A stretch of 64,000 nucleotides of DNA from assembly GCF_003790525.1 (NCBI RefSeq), contig NZ_CP033635.1; one strand, given 5' to 3'. Position 1 is the first letter of the stretch. Every line of letters begins with the position of its first letter. The notes under the pieces were generated by a model that was not told where the DNA came from, did not search any database, and was given only the letters and a program-made list of their open reading frames with translations. Source of the DNA: Escherichia coli (lineage in GTDB: Bacteria; Pseudomonadota; Gammaproteobacteria; Enterobacterales; Enterobacteriaceae). Made by a program: the position numbers and the translations under genes. Shown here piece after piece: positions 30,197-41,147 of this stretch.

Positions 30197-30958
30197 TCAA
30201 ATAGCTAAAGCACTCATCGTGTTGTCCGTGTTCATACCGGTGTGCCTTTGACAACGGTACTCCTTCGAAACTCTCTTCGGACTGTTGCCGAAATGTTTGC
30301 GGAACGCATAAATAAAATAAGATGTACTCGCATAACCACATTGTTCGGCAATTTTATTGACTGAACCTTCTACGCGTATCAAATTTTTTGCGTGCTGCAT
30401 TCTGGCATCTAAAAGAATCTGTGAGAATGTCGTTTGCTCTTGCTTTAGTTTTTTCTTCAACAGGCTTTCACTGATGTACAGGCAGTCACAAATATCTTTC
30501 AGCTTCCATGGGTGCGCCAGCTTCATGTTGACAATATTTCTCACTTTCCCGGAAACGGATAGCACACCGTTAGTTAATAGTGTAATGAAACCTTTGCATG
30601 CGGCAAAAATAGACAGGCAAGAAAAAAGCAAAAGTTCTGAAAAGTTATGATGATTGCGTTCTTCCGAGTTGAGATAAGCAATCATTTCATTAAGCAATCC
30701 CGTCGGTACATTTGAAGCACGTAAAAACTTCGCAGGAACAGGCACCGTCACTGTCTGGATGTTAGTGCATTGTAGATATTTTTTAATGGTGTTTTCATTA
30801 AATCCGATTTCTTTGAAATGCCGCTCATAAGGTTCAAAATGCGTACGAACAGCGTTATCTACCATCAGGATCTCGCCGTCAGAGAAGGCGTAATCTTTAT
30901 CTAAAATGTTAGCGTTGAAGGCATGATGAATAAATATAACAGAACAAACGAGCGACAT
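30197..30958 (-). CDS. ydeO: AraC-family acid-resistance regulator YdeO
   Basis: 253-aa ORF MSLVCSVIFIHHAFNANILDKDYAFSDGEILMVD...; C-terminal AraC-type HTH (AEQCGYASTSYFIYAFRKHFGNSPK). Confidence 0.93.
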   Translation of the reverse strand: MSLVCSVIFIHHAFNANILDKDYAFSDGEILMVDNAVRTHFEPYERHFKEIGFNENTIKKYLQCTNIQTVTVPVPAKFLRASNVPTGLLNEMIAYLNSEERNHHNFSELLLFSCLSIFAACKGFITLLTNGVLSVSGKVRNIVNMKLAHPWKLKDICDCLYISESLLKKKLKQEQTTFSQILLDARMQHAKNLIRVEGSVNKIAEQCGYASTSYFIYAFRKHFGNSPKRVSKEYRCQRHTGMNTDNTMSALAI

Positions 30959-31032
30959 TTTATCTCCTTAAAACAATAAAGTTTTTATCGATACTTTTTT
31001 AACATTTCACATTTATAATTTGCTGTTTATTT

Positions 31033-31230
31033 TCAGTCTTGCAAACTATTGATAATGAAATGTGTAAGATCTCTTGCCATGCGACCCATTTCTGAAATGC
31101 CCTGCTGATCAATTGCCGAAAAAATGGCTATCAACGTAAGTGTCAGCAACAAGACAACCACAATTACAGACATGATTTCTTTATAGTTGTCTCTTTGCAT
31201 GATTTTGTTTTTCACTGTGGTCGCATGCAT
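31033..31230 (-). CDS. safA: Small membrane connector protein SafA (EvgS-to-PhoQ)
   Basis: 65-aa ORF MHATTVKNKIMQRDNYKEIMSVIVVVLLLTLTLIAIFSAI... with a single transmembrane segment; 74 bp upstream of ydeO (safA-ydeO operon arrangement). Confidence 0.88.
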   Translation of the reverse strand: MHATTVKNKIMQRDNYKEIMSVIVVVLLLTLTLIAIFSAIDQQGISEMGRMARDLTHFIINSLQD

Positions 31231-31341
31231 TTCAAATGTGTTTATTTAGCGGATAACGTTAAAAATCGTTAATCAGTATGATTAATATAACAGGCTGGAT
31301 AAAAGAGGAAATAGGACTGGCACTTCAGTACTGAGCGGAGT

Positions 31342-31359
31342 TTCTTACAACTGTAGGCA
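31342..31359. promoter_or_regulatory. EvgA-box-like 18-bp palindrome upstream of safA-ydeO
   Basis: TTCTTACA-AC-TGTAGGCA: left half matches the recalled EvgA consensus TTCPyTACA exactly, right half TGTAGG matches the inverted half for 6 bases; 112 bp upstream of the safA ATG. Confidence 0.55.
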
Positions 31360-31477
31360 GAGGTTTATATCTTATAGTGTGTAGTTTAATTTAATCCATG
31401 TGAGCAAATTGCGCGATAATAGTCAATGAGGAATTCTTCTGCTGTGCGGATGACAGCAGAAGAAATGAGGAGGCGAA

Positions 31478-33757
31478 TTAATTTGATGGCTCTAATTCAA
31501 CAGGAATACTTTTATAGCCAGGAATGCCACTTAATGGATCGTGGTTATCAAGTGTTAGCATGTGATTCGATTCTGGAAAATAGGTCACCAGTGAGCGGTC
31601 AGCCATAGGGTAAATGACCACTTTTAATCTATCCATGCGTCGTGAGCTACGTTTACCGTCTGGCGTGAGTGCAATAAGATTAACTCTTTCGCCGTTTTTT
31701 ACACGGCAAATTTTAGCTTGTTTAGCACTCATAAAGACCACATCTCGTTGACCGAATACACCTCGATAGCGATCATCCATACCATAAATCGTCGTGTTGT
31801 ACTGATCGTGGCTGCGTACTGTCGCCATGACCAGTTTACTGTTAAACGCTGAAGAGGGATCTTCTAACAGCCCTTTGCTGGTAATGAAATTAGCCTTACC
31901 TGACGGCGTCATCCAGCGCCTTTCAGCAGCTGCGTTTATCAGGTGAAAACCACCAGGATGACGGATGCGCTGGTTATAGTCGGCAAACTCTGGCAGCACA
32001 GCTTCAATGTCATTGCGAATGCGATCATAATCTTCCACCAGATACTCCCAGGCTACCACGCTCTGGGGTAGTGCTGCCTGCGCGATTCCCGCGACCACTG
32101 CACACTCTGATTTCAGCATTACACCGGCGGGTTTTAACACACCACGCGAGGCATGAATCATCGACATTGAATCTTCAACGGTTACCGCCTGCGCACCGCT
32201 TTTTTGCATGTCAATCTCGCTACGTCCCAGAACCGGCAGAATATAGCTATGCCGTGCGGTCAGCAGATGAGAGCGGTTAAGCTTAGTGGCTACGTGTACC
32301 GCCAAATCTAATTGCGTTAACGGTACAGCGCTCGCTTCCCGATCTGGCATTGCCAGCGCAAAGTTGCCCCCCATGCAGATCAATGCTCGAGCTTGCCCCG
32401 TACATATTGCTTGCATGCTGGCAATTGCAGCATGTCCAGGTGCATGAGGTGGGGTGAAGCCATAGCGCTCACCCAGGCGATCCAGAAACTCTGCAGACGG
32501 TTTCTCGGTGATACCGACGGTTCGGTCGCCCTGTACATTAGAGTGACCTCGTAGTGGGCAGATACCCGCACCAGGCTTGCCAATGTTACCTTTCATCAAC
32601 AGCAGATTGACCAGTTGCTGTACGTTCTGGGTACCATGTTCGTGCTGAGTGATCCCCATTCCGTAACAGATAATGGTTCGTTCGGCAGCGGCATATGCAT
32701 CAGCAAGTTCGGCGATTTGTGTCTGACTTAGTCCAGATATACGTTCGATATCTTTCCACTCGGAATTGAGCACGTCACGGCGTAGCTCGTCAAAGCCGAC
32801 GGTATGCGTTTGAATAAATTCATCATCCAGCAATGAGGGCCGACCTGCGGCGCTTGCAGCATCATCGCGCTCAATTAACAGGCGCATCATTCCCTTGAGC
32901 AACGCCATATCACCACCAATGCGCACGTTGTAGTAGGCACTGGCCAACTGAGTCTCAGAGTTCGTCAGCATTTCAAACGGGTTTTGCGGTGCGGTAAATC
33001 GCTCCAGGCCACGTTCCTGTAGAGGATTGATGGCGATCATTTTCGCTCCCCGTTTCACTAAAGCGCGCAACGAAGTCAACATGCGAGGGTGGTTTGTACC
33101 AGGGTTATGCCCAATGCAAATGACTAAATCGCATTTCTCAAAGTCTTCCAGCAACACGGTCCCTTTACCTACACCGATACTCGCTGCCAAACCCACACTG
33201 GTCGGTTCATGGCACATGTTGGAGCAGTCGGGGAAGTTATTGCTCCCGTATTCACGGGCAAAAAGCTGATAAAGAAAGGCAGCTTCATTGGAAGTGCGGC
33301 CCGAAGTATAGAATTCAACCTGATTGGGATCACTATAGCTTTGAAGGCGTTCGCCAATTTCGTCGAAAGCTTGTTGCCAGCTTAATGGCTTGTAACAGTC
33401 GCTGACGGCATCATATTTCAAAGGCTGGGTGAGACGCCCCGCAGCCTCAAGCTCGTGATCTCCCCAGGTAAGTAATGATTGAACCGTATTCTCAGCAAAG
33501 AAAGAGGCATTTACCTGCTTATCCGTGACTTCCCAGGCGATTGCTTTTGCGCCGTTTTCACAAATGTCGAATGACGCACTGTGCTTAGGATCTGGCCATG
33601 CACAACCCGGACAGTCAAAGCCCTCTGGCTTATTCATGTCAAACATGGCAATAACATCCTGGCGTATATCCATCTGCTTACGTACTGCATTCGCTACGGA
33701 TTTAACAGCACCCCAACCACCGGCAGCCCCCTGGTAGGATTCAATTTTTTTCTTCAT
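31478..33757 (-). CDS. ydeP: Molybdopterin oxidoreductase (formate-dehydrogenase-like) YdeP, acid resistance
   Basis: 759-aa ORF; N-terminal Cys cluster (CPGCAWPDP ... C), molybdopterin oxidoreductase family. Confidence 0.9.
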   Translation of the reverse strand: MKKKIESYQGAAGGWGAVKSVANAVRKQMDIRQDVIAMFDMNKPEGFDCPGCAWPDPKHSASFDICENGAKAIAWEVTDKQVNASFFAENTVQSLLTWGDHELEAAGRLTQPLKYDAVSDCYKPLSWQQAFDEIGERLQSYSDPNQVEFYTSGRTSNEAAFLYQLFAREYGSNNFPDCSNMCHEPTSVGLAASIGVGKGTVLLEDFEKCDLVICIGHNPGTNHPRMLTSLRALVKRGAKMIAINPLQERGLERFTAPQNPFEMLTNSETQLASAYYNVRIGGDMALLKGMMRLLIERDDAASAAGRPSLLDDEFIQTHTVGFDELRRDVLNSEWKDIERISGLSQTQIAELADAYAAAERTIICYGMGITQHEHGTQNVQQLVNLLLMKGNIGKPGAGICPLRGHSNVQGDRTVGITEKPSAEFLDRLGERYGFTPPHAPGHAAIASMQAICTGQARALICMGGNFALAMPDREASAVPLTQLDLAVHVATKLNRSHLLTARHSYILPVLGRSEIDMQKSGAQAVTVEDSMSMIHASRGVLKPAGVMLKSECAVVAGIAQAALPQSVVAWEYLVEDYDRIRNDIEAVLPEFADYNQRIRHPGGFHLINAAAERRWMTPSGKANFITSKGLLEDPSSAFNSKLVMATVRSHDQYNTTIYGMDDRYRGVFGQRDVVFMSAKQAKICRVKNGERVNLIALTPDGKRSSRRMDRLKVVIYPMADRSLVTYFPESNHMLTLDNHDPLSGIPGYKSIPVELEPSN

Positions 33758-34005
33758 CTACTTATCCTGTGTCGAAATGAATTATTAGGATTTGAAATAG
33801 CGATGATGCACAGTATATACAAAGGGATTATCGTCAATATGGATATATAAGAGTAGGGGACTACTCTCTTTCTATTTTTAATCTATTATCGTTAAATAAT
33901 AGAATGGTATAAATACGATAAGTTAAGCATCATCTCTCATAGTGTTTAAATTAACATGTTTTTCAATATAAAAAATAAGACTCTGGCGTTAATTGTGCGC
34001 GGATT

Positions 34006-34023
34006 TTCTTACAGGTGTAGGAT
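34006..34023. promoter_or_regulatory. EvgA-box-like 18-bp palindrome upstream of ydeP
   Basis: TTCTTACA-GG-TGTAGGAT, the same half-site arrangement as the safA copy; about 250 bp upstream of the ydeP ATG. Confidence 0.5.
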
Positions 34024-34095
34024 AATAGCCTTCACAAAATAATTATCCGCGCAATTTTCGCGAATGGAGCGCATAGACTAAGGTCAAAATCACAA

Positions 34096-35010
34096 TTATT
34101 CATAGATAAAAGTGACACCAATGACTGACTGGACGGTTCCGGCTGCAACCTTGTTTCCTGTTTGTCCATAGGTTGCGCTTAAACCCAGAGGTACTTTGCT
34201 TTTATTTACTGTCCCCAGGGAGACGTTTTCTCCCGTAGCCAGTATTTTTCCATTACGCATCAGAGAGACACCCACTCCCGATGCTTTTGTTGCATCTGGT
34301 GCTGTGTTAGCAAACACTTGTCTGGCACTGTCAGTGGTAGCACCCGAAAGATAAAATGAGAGCTTTTGTTCACTTGAGCAATATACGCCAAGGGGGATTT
34401 CTGCGCTTCCAGGAAAGTCCGGGAGATTCACATTGACATTACGACTATCAACGGTGCAGCCGCCTGTTGGCATAACAACACTGTTATTTGAAATAATATT
34501 CCACGTAAAATTACGCGGATTTCCGCTTCCTAACGTGGCAATTTTATACATATGAATACGGGCAATAACTTCCCCGGCTTTTATGACAACTCCACCGGCC
34601 GCACCGACTGGGGTAATATAGAGTTTTAACGGTAATGGCATCGGTGTCTTATCACCAATATCTAATACATTAGTATTTGTCGTCAACGGGAAGGGGTAGG
34701 TCACATTATTCCAGTACAGCGATCCTTTATATGACTGTAGAGAGCCTGCGAAAGCTGATCCTTGTACCAGGTTTATATGATCAGTGTCGTACCAGCCGCC
34801 GTAATCATTCCAGCAACTTATATGCTGAGACAAGTCTACAACCAGATTCTGGCCCGGTTGTATTACAGGGTCGAGATTAACATAAACAGAGGTTGTACCT
34901 GCTCCAATACTTGACCCGCCATCGACATTACAACTGAAGGCAAAAACTTTGCCTGCCATTAATAGAAGATAAATACCGAACAGAAGCTTCATACTTATTG
35001 TTTTACCCAT
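34096..35010 (-). CDS. ydeQ: FimH-like two-domain fimbrial tip adhesin (F9/Fml-type), YdeQ
   Basis: 304-aa ORF with signal peptide; strongly FimH-like by recalled motifs ([24 protein letters not shown] ... NLVVDLS ... [13 protein letters not shown] ... C-terminal VIGVTFIYE donor-strand-complemented pilin domain). Confidence 0.9.
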   Translation of the reverse strand: MGKTISMKLLFGIYLLLMAGKVFAFSCNVDGGSSIGAGTTSVYVNLDPVIQPGQNLVVDLSQHISCWNDYGGWYDTDHINLVQGSAFAGSLQSYKGSLYWNNVTYPFPLTTNTNVLDIGDKTPMPLPLKLYITPVGAAGGVVIKAGEVIARIHMYKIATLGSGNPRNFTWNIISNNSVVMPTGGCTVDSRNVNVNLPDFPGSAEIPLGVYCSSEQKLSFYLSGATTDSARQVFANTAPDATKASGVGVSLMRNGKILATGENVSLGTVNKSKVPLGLSATYGQTGNKVAAGTVQSVIGVTFIYE

Positions 35011-35069
35011 GATATATCCTAAGATTAAAAAATTGATTTAAAAAGGAGGCTAAGAAAATCGAATCGACG

Positions 35070-35573
35070 TTATTGCCAGGTGTAGATCACATTGATTAGC
35101 GCCTCGATCGTTCCCTGGCTTGCGTTTCCATTCACCGTGATAGCTCTTGCCTTAAGTGGAAACTGTGCATTACGAGTGATCTCATCAACAATAACCGTTT
35201 TGCTATCACCATTTTTTAACGTCGCATCCTGGTCATCCCTTAGCTCTATCTGAATATTTTCGGCAGTACCTTCATTTTTGTAATAACCCGTATTGTCAGT
35301 TGAACCTGTCACGATTGCCGTCACTGCACTTGTTTCAACCGGACAATCGGTTAATGACAAAGTAATATTGTGCCAGCCTGATGCAGAACCAGGTTGTTGC
35401 AGATTGCGCGTATAAAGATCCCCGAGATTAACGTTAGCTTCTTTGGTTTGAATAGTGCAGGGTTTAGCGACTACCCGACCAATAACAGTGATAGTGACAT
35501 CGGCGGCCTGGAGAGTTGCTGTGAATAACGCGCAAAACGTAGCTAACAGGAACCTCTTGTGAAGTCTTTTCAT
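35070..35573 (-). CDS. ydeR: Fimbrial minor subunit (FimG-like), YdeR
   Basis: 167-aa ORF with signal peptide and pilin-like C-terminus; position between adhesin and ydeS as in type 1 pili. Confidence 0.85.
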   Translation of the reverse strand: MKRLHKRFLLATFCALFTATLQAADVTITVIGRVVAKPCTIQTKEANVNLGDLYTRNLQQPGSASGWHNITLSLTDCPVETSAVTAIVTGSTDNTGYYKNEGTAENIQIELRDDQDATLKNGDSKTVIVDEITRNAQFPLKARAITVNGNASQGTIEALINVIYTWQ

Positions 35574-35585
35574 ATCTGACTCTGA

Positions 35586-36116
35586 TTATTGAAATTCAAG
35601 GGTAAAGGTTGCCGAAGCGCTCACCAGTCCAGGATTGACGGACTTCTGAGTTGACTTCAAACGAGCGGAGTAAGGCAAAATATTGTTCTGTTCTGGTACC
35701 AATGGGATCCACTGCATCCCGGCATGAAGGTCATTCAATTTCACCGGACGCATATTTCCGTCCAGTATTTCTATACCCAAACCGGAGGCCGTATTGCTTC
35801 CTTCATCCAGTTTCAACAGAGTATTATTTTCTGCATCCTCAATACCGTTAAATGCAACCCGAACTCCCGTTGTCCCTTTGCTGCATTCACTTAATGTAAT
35901 CTGAAAAGGGACGGCTGGACTTGTGCTACCGGTCGTTGGAAATTGTCTGGCACTGTTTTTTTGGAGATCTACGGTAAAATTAAGCGAATCCGATGAGACT
36001 GTGCAGCCATAATCGAGAACGCGCCCGCTAATTTTAATAACGCTATCTGCGGATAAAGCAGAATAGGTGGTTAACCCCAGACATAAACCGAGGAAAATAA
36101 CGTTATTGTATTTCAT
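35586..36116 (-). CDS. ydeS: Fimbrial minor subunit (FimF-like), YdeS
   Basis: 176-aa ORF with signal peptide; pilin fold motifs; 12-bp spacing to ydeR. Confidence 0.85.
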   Translation of the reverse strand: MKYNNVIFLGLCLGLTTYSALSADSVIKISGRVLDYGCTVSSDSLNFTVDLQKNSARQFPTTGSTSPAVPFQITLSECSKGTTGVRVAFNGIEDAENNTLLKLDEGSNTASGLGIEILDGNMRPVKLNDLHAGMQWIPLVPEQNNILPYSARLKSTQKSVNPGLVSASATFTLEFQ

Positions 36117-36129
36117 AATCTATTGTTCC

Positions 36130-38781
36130 TTAGCGACAGATTGCTGTCTGCTGGTTCAGCAAGGTTCCAGGAGAGACTGCAGGAAGCTTGTAATCGACAA
36201 TACAGTTTGAGTTTTTATCATTGCCCCATGAAACCTGTAATTTCCCTGACTGTGGAAGTCCAGTCAGATAAACCTGACCATTTTCCGCGACAATGCTGCC
36301 ATTTTTATTCTCTCCGTGAGTGACAATTGCACCGAATGGAACGCTTTTATTACCGTACTTCAACGTCATTAATACTTTCCCGCCGATTTGTGCATTAAAT
36401 GTTGCTCTGGCAATAGCACCGTGAGTTGGGATGACAGTGACTACGGTTTCATCCAGTTCAACATTATCTGCAAGGGAATTCGCGTTAAGAGCGACACGAT
36501 TTTCTCTATATTCTGTCGCAAATGGTAATATGGCATAGCCACGCCAGTCGGTATGAATTCCGGTCTGGTTCTCTATTTTGACATTATCAGCGCCAGGAGC
36601 CTTAACCAGAACCATTGTGTCGCCCAGTGGCTGTCCAAAGGTGATGCCATCAGCATGAGCAATAATGCCACCACTCATTCCGTAATAAATCTGGCTGCTG
36701 TCACCACTCCGACTGTAACCGATATTCGTATTACCGTAAGCTCCACGATAATTAAGAGAACTGTAACCACTGGTGCCAGACGATGTATTACCCCCGTGGG
36801 TGTTACCGACCTGAACACTATAATTCAGGTTATTATCCGGCAGCAGAGTGCCATAAACCCCTGATAGGTTGGTCATGCCGCCTTTCAAATCGTTTGACAT
36901 ACTGTAACTGGCGTTTGAGTTACGAAATGCCGACTGACTGTCTGTACGCATCCAATGACTGAAGGGAACATTAAGCGTAAAAGCAAGTAAATGATCCCGA
37001 TCGTTTTGCCATATATTATTGGAATAGCTGTAATTCAGCGAAGTCGTAATATCACTAAACGGCACATTTAATCCAAATGATATTTGCTGGTCGCTGCGTG
37101 ACGTGTTCCAGTAACTTTGGCGACTGGCACTGAAAAATGTCGTACCGTAATTTCCAAGCTGCTGAGAGATGCTTATTTGTTCCTGACCACGCTTACTGTA
37201 GAACAGATTAAAATAATCAATAAATTGTGTCTGCTCATTGCTGTCTCCGGTAGGAGGCTTGACGGTGTAACCACTCATTCGACTGTAGGCACTGTCGGAT
37301 AAGTTATAAAAACCTTGCGTAGAATAGCGATATCCTGCGACCTGGATATTGGTTCCCGTCTGGTAGAAGGATTTGCTGTAGACGGATTTAATCGATTGCC
37401 CGCTGTGACGGGTGCCATCTGCAAGTGTCGTATTGGCCTGCGTGATATCGAAAGAAAAGGCACCAAAAAGTCCTAAATCTTTACCAATACCAAGGTTGAA
37501 GGCCTGATAATCTTCTGCAATTTGCATTCCGCCATAAGGTGTCCAGTTTCCTTCCAGTCCATGCATCAAGCTACCTTGTATGAACTTGGGGGAGCTTTGC
37601 AGGTTATTTCCACTACGATATTCCCCCATGGCAAGCGCATAACGCGTATATCCAGCACGTTGGAGAACCGGAACAGACGAATAAGGAACATATAATGTCT
37701 GAATACTGCCGTCTGCCTCTTTTATGGTTACTTGCAGATCACCACCATTGGCCGCAGAGTTGATATCATCAATAGTAAAAGGGCCGGGTGGGACAGTAGT
37801 CTGATAAACATCGTATCCATTCTGTTTTACACTCACTTGTGCGGTGCTGCGGGCAATACCATGAATCACCGGAGCGAAACCATGTTGGCTATCGGGCAAC
37901 ATCGCTTCTGTTGAATTTATTTTGAGGCCACGAAAGTTCACACTATCAAAAATATCGCCATCGGTATAACTATCACCTACCGTTAAGCGTGAGCGTAAGG
38001 GAATAATGTCACGTTCAGCCGACGTATTGATATGCTGCCATTTATTGCTGTCAGATGAATTGCTACTCCCACTGTTATAACTCCACGTTGAGTTATCGCG
38101 CAGTCGCCAACTACCAATGTTGATGCCACTCTGTAAATTCAAATATGCATAGTTGGATTTTCCTGCATTATGGTTGCCACGATTATTAATAGAATTACCA
38201 TTAAAACTATAGTTTAGTAGCCCAGCATTTATTCCTTCTTCCCACAGATCCGGAGAAACATAGCCGCGAGCCATTCTGCCAACATAAATTTGCGGAACGG
38301 AGAGTGATAGATGTTGCTGACCAACATTAAACTCAGATGATGCGTCAGCCAAACGATCCCGAAGTGGTGTGCATGCGCTGTTGTCCGACACATGTTTTTC
38401 TGCCGAATGTTCCTTATTGTCTAATAATGCTGATTTTTTTATGCCAAGACTGACAAGAAGGTCTGTACTCAGGCATGGGATGAGATCTGCATTATTATCA
38501 TCTGCAATAAAAGTAATATCCCGACTAGTCATAAATTCGTCGTTCAAATAAATGTCGACCCGATATGTACCAGGTGGTGCCTCGCGTCCCTTAGTAAAGG
38601 CGGATAAATCGACAGATTCAGCAAGATCATTGCTTAAAAACCGTGGATTAAAATAAAACTCTGCGTCAACGGGAAATACCGCAGTTGCTAAGCCAAGGGC
38701 AATGGTAAGCCGTGCAAAGCGAGGCAGTAGTAACACCTGATGCATACGATATGCCTTAAATGCGGCACGAAAGGCTGTCAT
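36130..38781 (-). CDS. ydeT: Outer-membrane fimbrial usher (FimD family), apparently full length
   Basis: 883-aa uninterrupted ORF; FimD-like motifs (FYFNPRFL, GTYRVDIYLN, LLNYSFNGN, C-terminal Cys pair). Start may be the first ATG (38781) or the in-frame ATG 12 codons downstream. In K-12 I recall ydeT as a truncated fragment. Confidence 0.85.
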   Translation of the reverse strand: MTAFRAAFKAYRMHQVLLLPRFARLTIALGLATAVFPVDAEFYFNPRFLSNDLAESVDLSAFTKGREAPPGTYRVDIYLNDEFMTSRDITFIADDNNADLIPCLSTDLLVSLGIKKSALLDNKEHSAEKHVSDNSACTPLRDRLADASSEFNVGQQHLSLSVPQIYVGRMARGYVSPDLWEEGINAGLLNYSFNGNSINNRGNHNAGKSNYAYLNLQSGINIGSWRLRDNSTWSYNSGSSNSSDSNKWQHINTSAERDIIPLRSRLTVGDSYTDGDIFDSVNFRGLKINSTEAMLPDSQHGFAPVIHGIARSTAQVSVKQNGYDVYQTTVPPGPFTIDDINSAANGGDLQVTIKEADGSIQTLYVPYSSVPVLQRAGYTRYALAMGEYRSGNNLQSSPKFIQGSLMHGLEGNWTPYGGMQIAEDYQAFNLGIGKDLGLFGAFSFDITQANTTLADGTRHSGQSIKSVYSKSFYQTGTNIQVAGYRYSTQGFYNLSDSAYSRMSGYTVKPPTGDSNEQTQFIDYFNLFYSKRGQEQISISQQLGNYGTTFFSASRQSYWNTSRSDQQISFGLNVPFSDITTSLNYSYSNNIWQNDRDHLLAFTLNVPFSHWMRTDSQSAFRNSNASYSMSNDLKGGMTNLSGVYGTLLPDNNLNYSVQVGNTHGGNTSSGTSGYSSLNYRGAYGNTNIGYSRSGDSSQIYYGMSGGIIAHADGITFGQPLGDTMVLVKAPGADNVKIENQTGIHTDWRGYAILPFATEYRENRVALNANSLADNVELDETVVTVIPTHGAIARATFNAQIGGKVLMTLKYGNKSVPFGAIVTHGENKNGSIVAENGQVYLTGLPQSGKLQVSWGNDKNSNCIVDYKLPAVSPGTLLNQQTAICR

Positions 38782-38822
38782 TATTAATTCCGATTGAGTT
38801 TATTATTAATTAGGTCACTGGC

Positions 38823-39542
38823 TTACTGCATGGTTGCCTTAATACGCGGAGTTAATGCACCGTAATCATTGATCGTCTGAAAACTGATATCCCCGGTTGC
38901 AGCATGCGGGATATCCACCGATACTTCACCTTTTGGCGGCACCATGGTGTTTGGGAGATTGCTATTTCCTGCTTTCATATTTGTTACGGTAATGAAGTAG
39001 GGCGTTGGATTAATAAGAGTGAGTTTGCTACCGCTGCGACGAAACCGAAGCATTGCTGGCGCTTCTTCAGGTGCCATTGCCAGGTTCGTCGGGCGATAAA
39101 ACATTTTTATGCGGCTAATAATTGCCAGCTGTAATGTATTCTCATTCTTCTGGTCTTTTTCCATAGCAGGAATAGCTTTAACATTAACCCAAAACAGGCT
39201 TTCACGGTCGCCTGGTAACTGATGATTAGTGGCGTTGATTATCCGAAGCGTATTCTCTTTTTTACCTTGCATGGAAAAAAGCGGTGGGGTAATGACAAAC
39301 TGGGTGTCTTTTTGGTCACCTGCATTTTCTATCCATGACTGAATGAGATAGACACTGGCAGGATCATTATTCGTGACAGGCAATAAAACCTGTTTCTGGT
39401 TTGCCGGATAAATTACCCGCGTCGCACCAAGTGCGACAGCTGCGTTGGCAATGGTGCTATGGCAAGCAAAGAGCAATAAAAGTAACACTGTCGCCATAAA
39501 GGAAATAGAGTAGGGGATACGCGTAGTTTGCATCTGATGCAT
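38823..39542 (-). CDS. Periplasmic fimbrial chaperone (FimC/PapD family)
   Basis: 239-aa ORF; FimC-like core (GATRVIYPANQKQ ... TNNDPASVYLIQSWIEN ... ENTLQLAIISRIKMFYRP ... LTLINPTPYFITVT). Start among the first three in-frame ATGs is uncertain. Confidence 0.85.
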   Translation of the reverse strand: MHQMQTTRIPYSISFMATVLLLLLFACHSTIANAAVALGATRVIYPANQKQVLLPVTNNDPASVYLIQSWIENAGDQKDTQFVITPPLFSMQGKKENTLRIINATNHQLPGDRESLFWVNVKAIPAMEKDQKNENTLQLAIISRIKMFYRPTNLAMAPEEAPAMLRFRRSGSKLTLINPTPYFITVTNMKAGNSNLPNTMVPPKGEVSVDIPHAATGDISFQTINDYGALTPRIKATMQ

Positions 39543-39895
39543 TCTCCATGTGTTAAGAGGATAAGCGGGAAAACCGTTACATCAGACAATCAGTAAATGT
39601 TGCTAATACATTGGCGACTCGCCGGGTTTCCAGACTTAATGCGTTTGTAATAAATGTTGGTTCTCTTTTAATAGGAAAACCTTGCTACAAAGTAAATATT
39701 TTAAATAACAGTAAGTTTAACTACTGTTGTTTATTGATCGTTTAGATATTATGTGATTTTTTCATACCGCTCCAAAACACAAACTATTCCTCATTAATAA
39801 TGAGATGAGCATTGGTGAATTGCTCGGGTGTGCGTAGCCATGCCACACACACCCTGTTTCAATTTCAGATGACGTATAGCCACCTTAAGATTGAA

Positions 39896-40459
39896 TTATA
39901 GATATTGAACTTTGAACGTCGCATCAGCGTTTGCAGTACCAGCTACTGACTGCCCGAGAGCAATATAACGAGCCTGGAATGGCAGTATATTCGTGCCATC
40001 AATCAAGTCGGTTTTAGCGCTAAAAGTGGCACCATCAAGTATTAATACCTCCCCCGTACGGTCCAAAATTTGAATACCGACATTTTGGGCAGAGCCTGCC
40101 GCTGAACTCTGCAGCGCTAAGGTATCGTCATTACTGGTGACAGTAGTACCCAGGAATGCAACAGCTGCATTACTGGAAACATTGGTATCACAATCATTCA
40201 GCTTGATATTGAAGCCAACGGCGGAGCTGAGGTCACCTGCTTTAGCCAGGCGAGAAGAACGGACCTGACCCAGCTCAACCGTTTGGTTCATTGATTCTGA
40301 ATCAATCGCACAAGCGGCATTTACCACTTCACCTTTAAAATGAATAACACCGCCATTAACAGTGGTCGTTACTGATTCATCACCCTCGGCTGCGCTTACC
40401 GCAGCAGACGACATCGCCAACACAGAAACGACAATCATACCGACATGTTTGAGTTTCAT
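39896..40459 (-). CDS. Major fimbrial subunit (FimA-like, F9/Fml-type)
   Basis: ORF 39896..40507 trimmed to ATG at 40457-40459 ([23 protein letters not shown] signal peptide, 187 aa) preceded by a GGAGA RBS; pilin Cys pair and C-terminal donor-strand motif ATFKVQYL. Confidence 0.8.
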   Translation of the reverse strand: MKLKHVGMIVVSVLAMSSAAVSAAEGDESVTTTVNGGVIHFKGEVVNAACAIDSESMNQTVELGQVRSSRLAKAGDLSSAVGFNIKLNDCDTNVSSNAAVAFLGTTVTSNDDTLALQSSAAGSAQNVGIQILDRTGEVLILDGATFSAKTDLIDGTNILPFQARYIALGQSVAGTANADATFKVQYL

Positions 40460-40892
40460 AATTCTCCAAAATTTATATTTAAGTAGCTGAATAAAGAAAG
40501 TTAACAATCAAGTCATTCTGTTATTGCTTATAAAACAAGAATCATTCTTGATGGGATATTGCCCTGAGAATATAGTTTCCAGGGTTATTACATTTCACGA
40601 AGAACGATAATATCTTTAAATTACAAGGACACCTAATCACAACAAGTTTATTGCAGCACTTGTTGTAGAGAGTATTTGCAAAGACATTTTATGTCGCTAA
40701 ATAACATGACGATTTCATTATGCATGTTATTTATAAACCGTGACTAAACAGAATATTATTGCGGACAAGGGAAGTGTCAGGAAAGGTCAAGAGCGACCAA
40801 TGGTTTATATGGCTATAAATAATTAGCTATAGTTAATGTTTGCCTGGTGTAACTAACACGGAATTGCTCTAAACAGATAAGTGCACGGTTTA

Positions 40893-41147
40893 TTAAAGCT
40901 GACCGACAGACTTTCTTAACCTGGTAATATCTCTCTTAGGTGACTCTCCAAACATCCGCGAATATTCCCGACAGAAATGGGATAAGCTTTCGTAACCGAC
41001 AGCATAGGCTGCAGTGGTGACATCGTAATGTTCATTCAGCATCAGTCGCCTGGCTTCATTGAGGCGTAGCCATTTCTGATACCGGAGTGGACTCATTCCC
41101 GCAAGCTGTCTGAAGTGTTGATGGAAAGAGGGGGTGTTCATTTGCAC
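40893..41147 (-). pseudogene. yneL: AraC-family regulator remnant (C-terminal HTH domain only)
   Basis: 84-codon ORF (GTG start in the ORF track) that is AraC-type HTH only (MSPLRYQKWLRLNEARRLML ... GYESLSHFCREYSRMFGESPKR); an in-frame TGA lies 8 codons upstream, so the ligand-binding N-terminal domain is absent. Confidence 0.6.

Noticed and set aside
40508-40892. fimS-like invertible promoter switch upstream of the fimbrial major subunit
   Set aside because: Only short imperfect inverted repeats (for example acaacaagt / acttgttgt at 40639..40666) and no adjacent recombinase gene; insufficient evidence.
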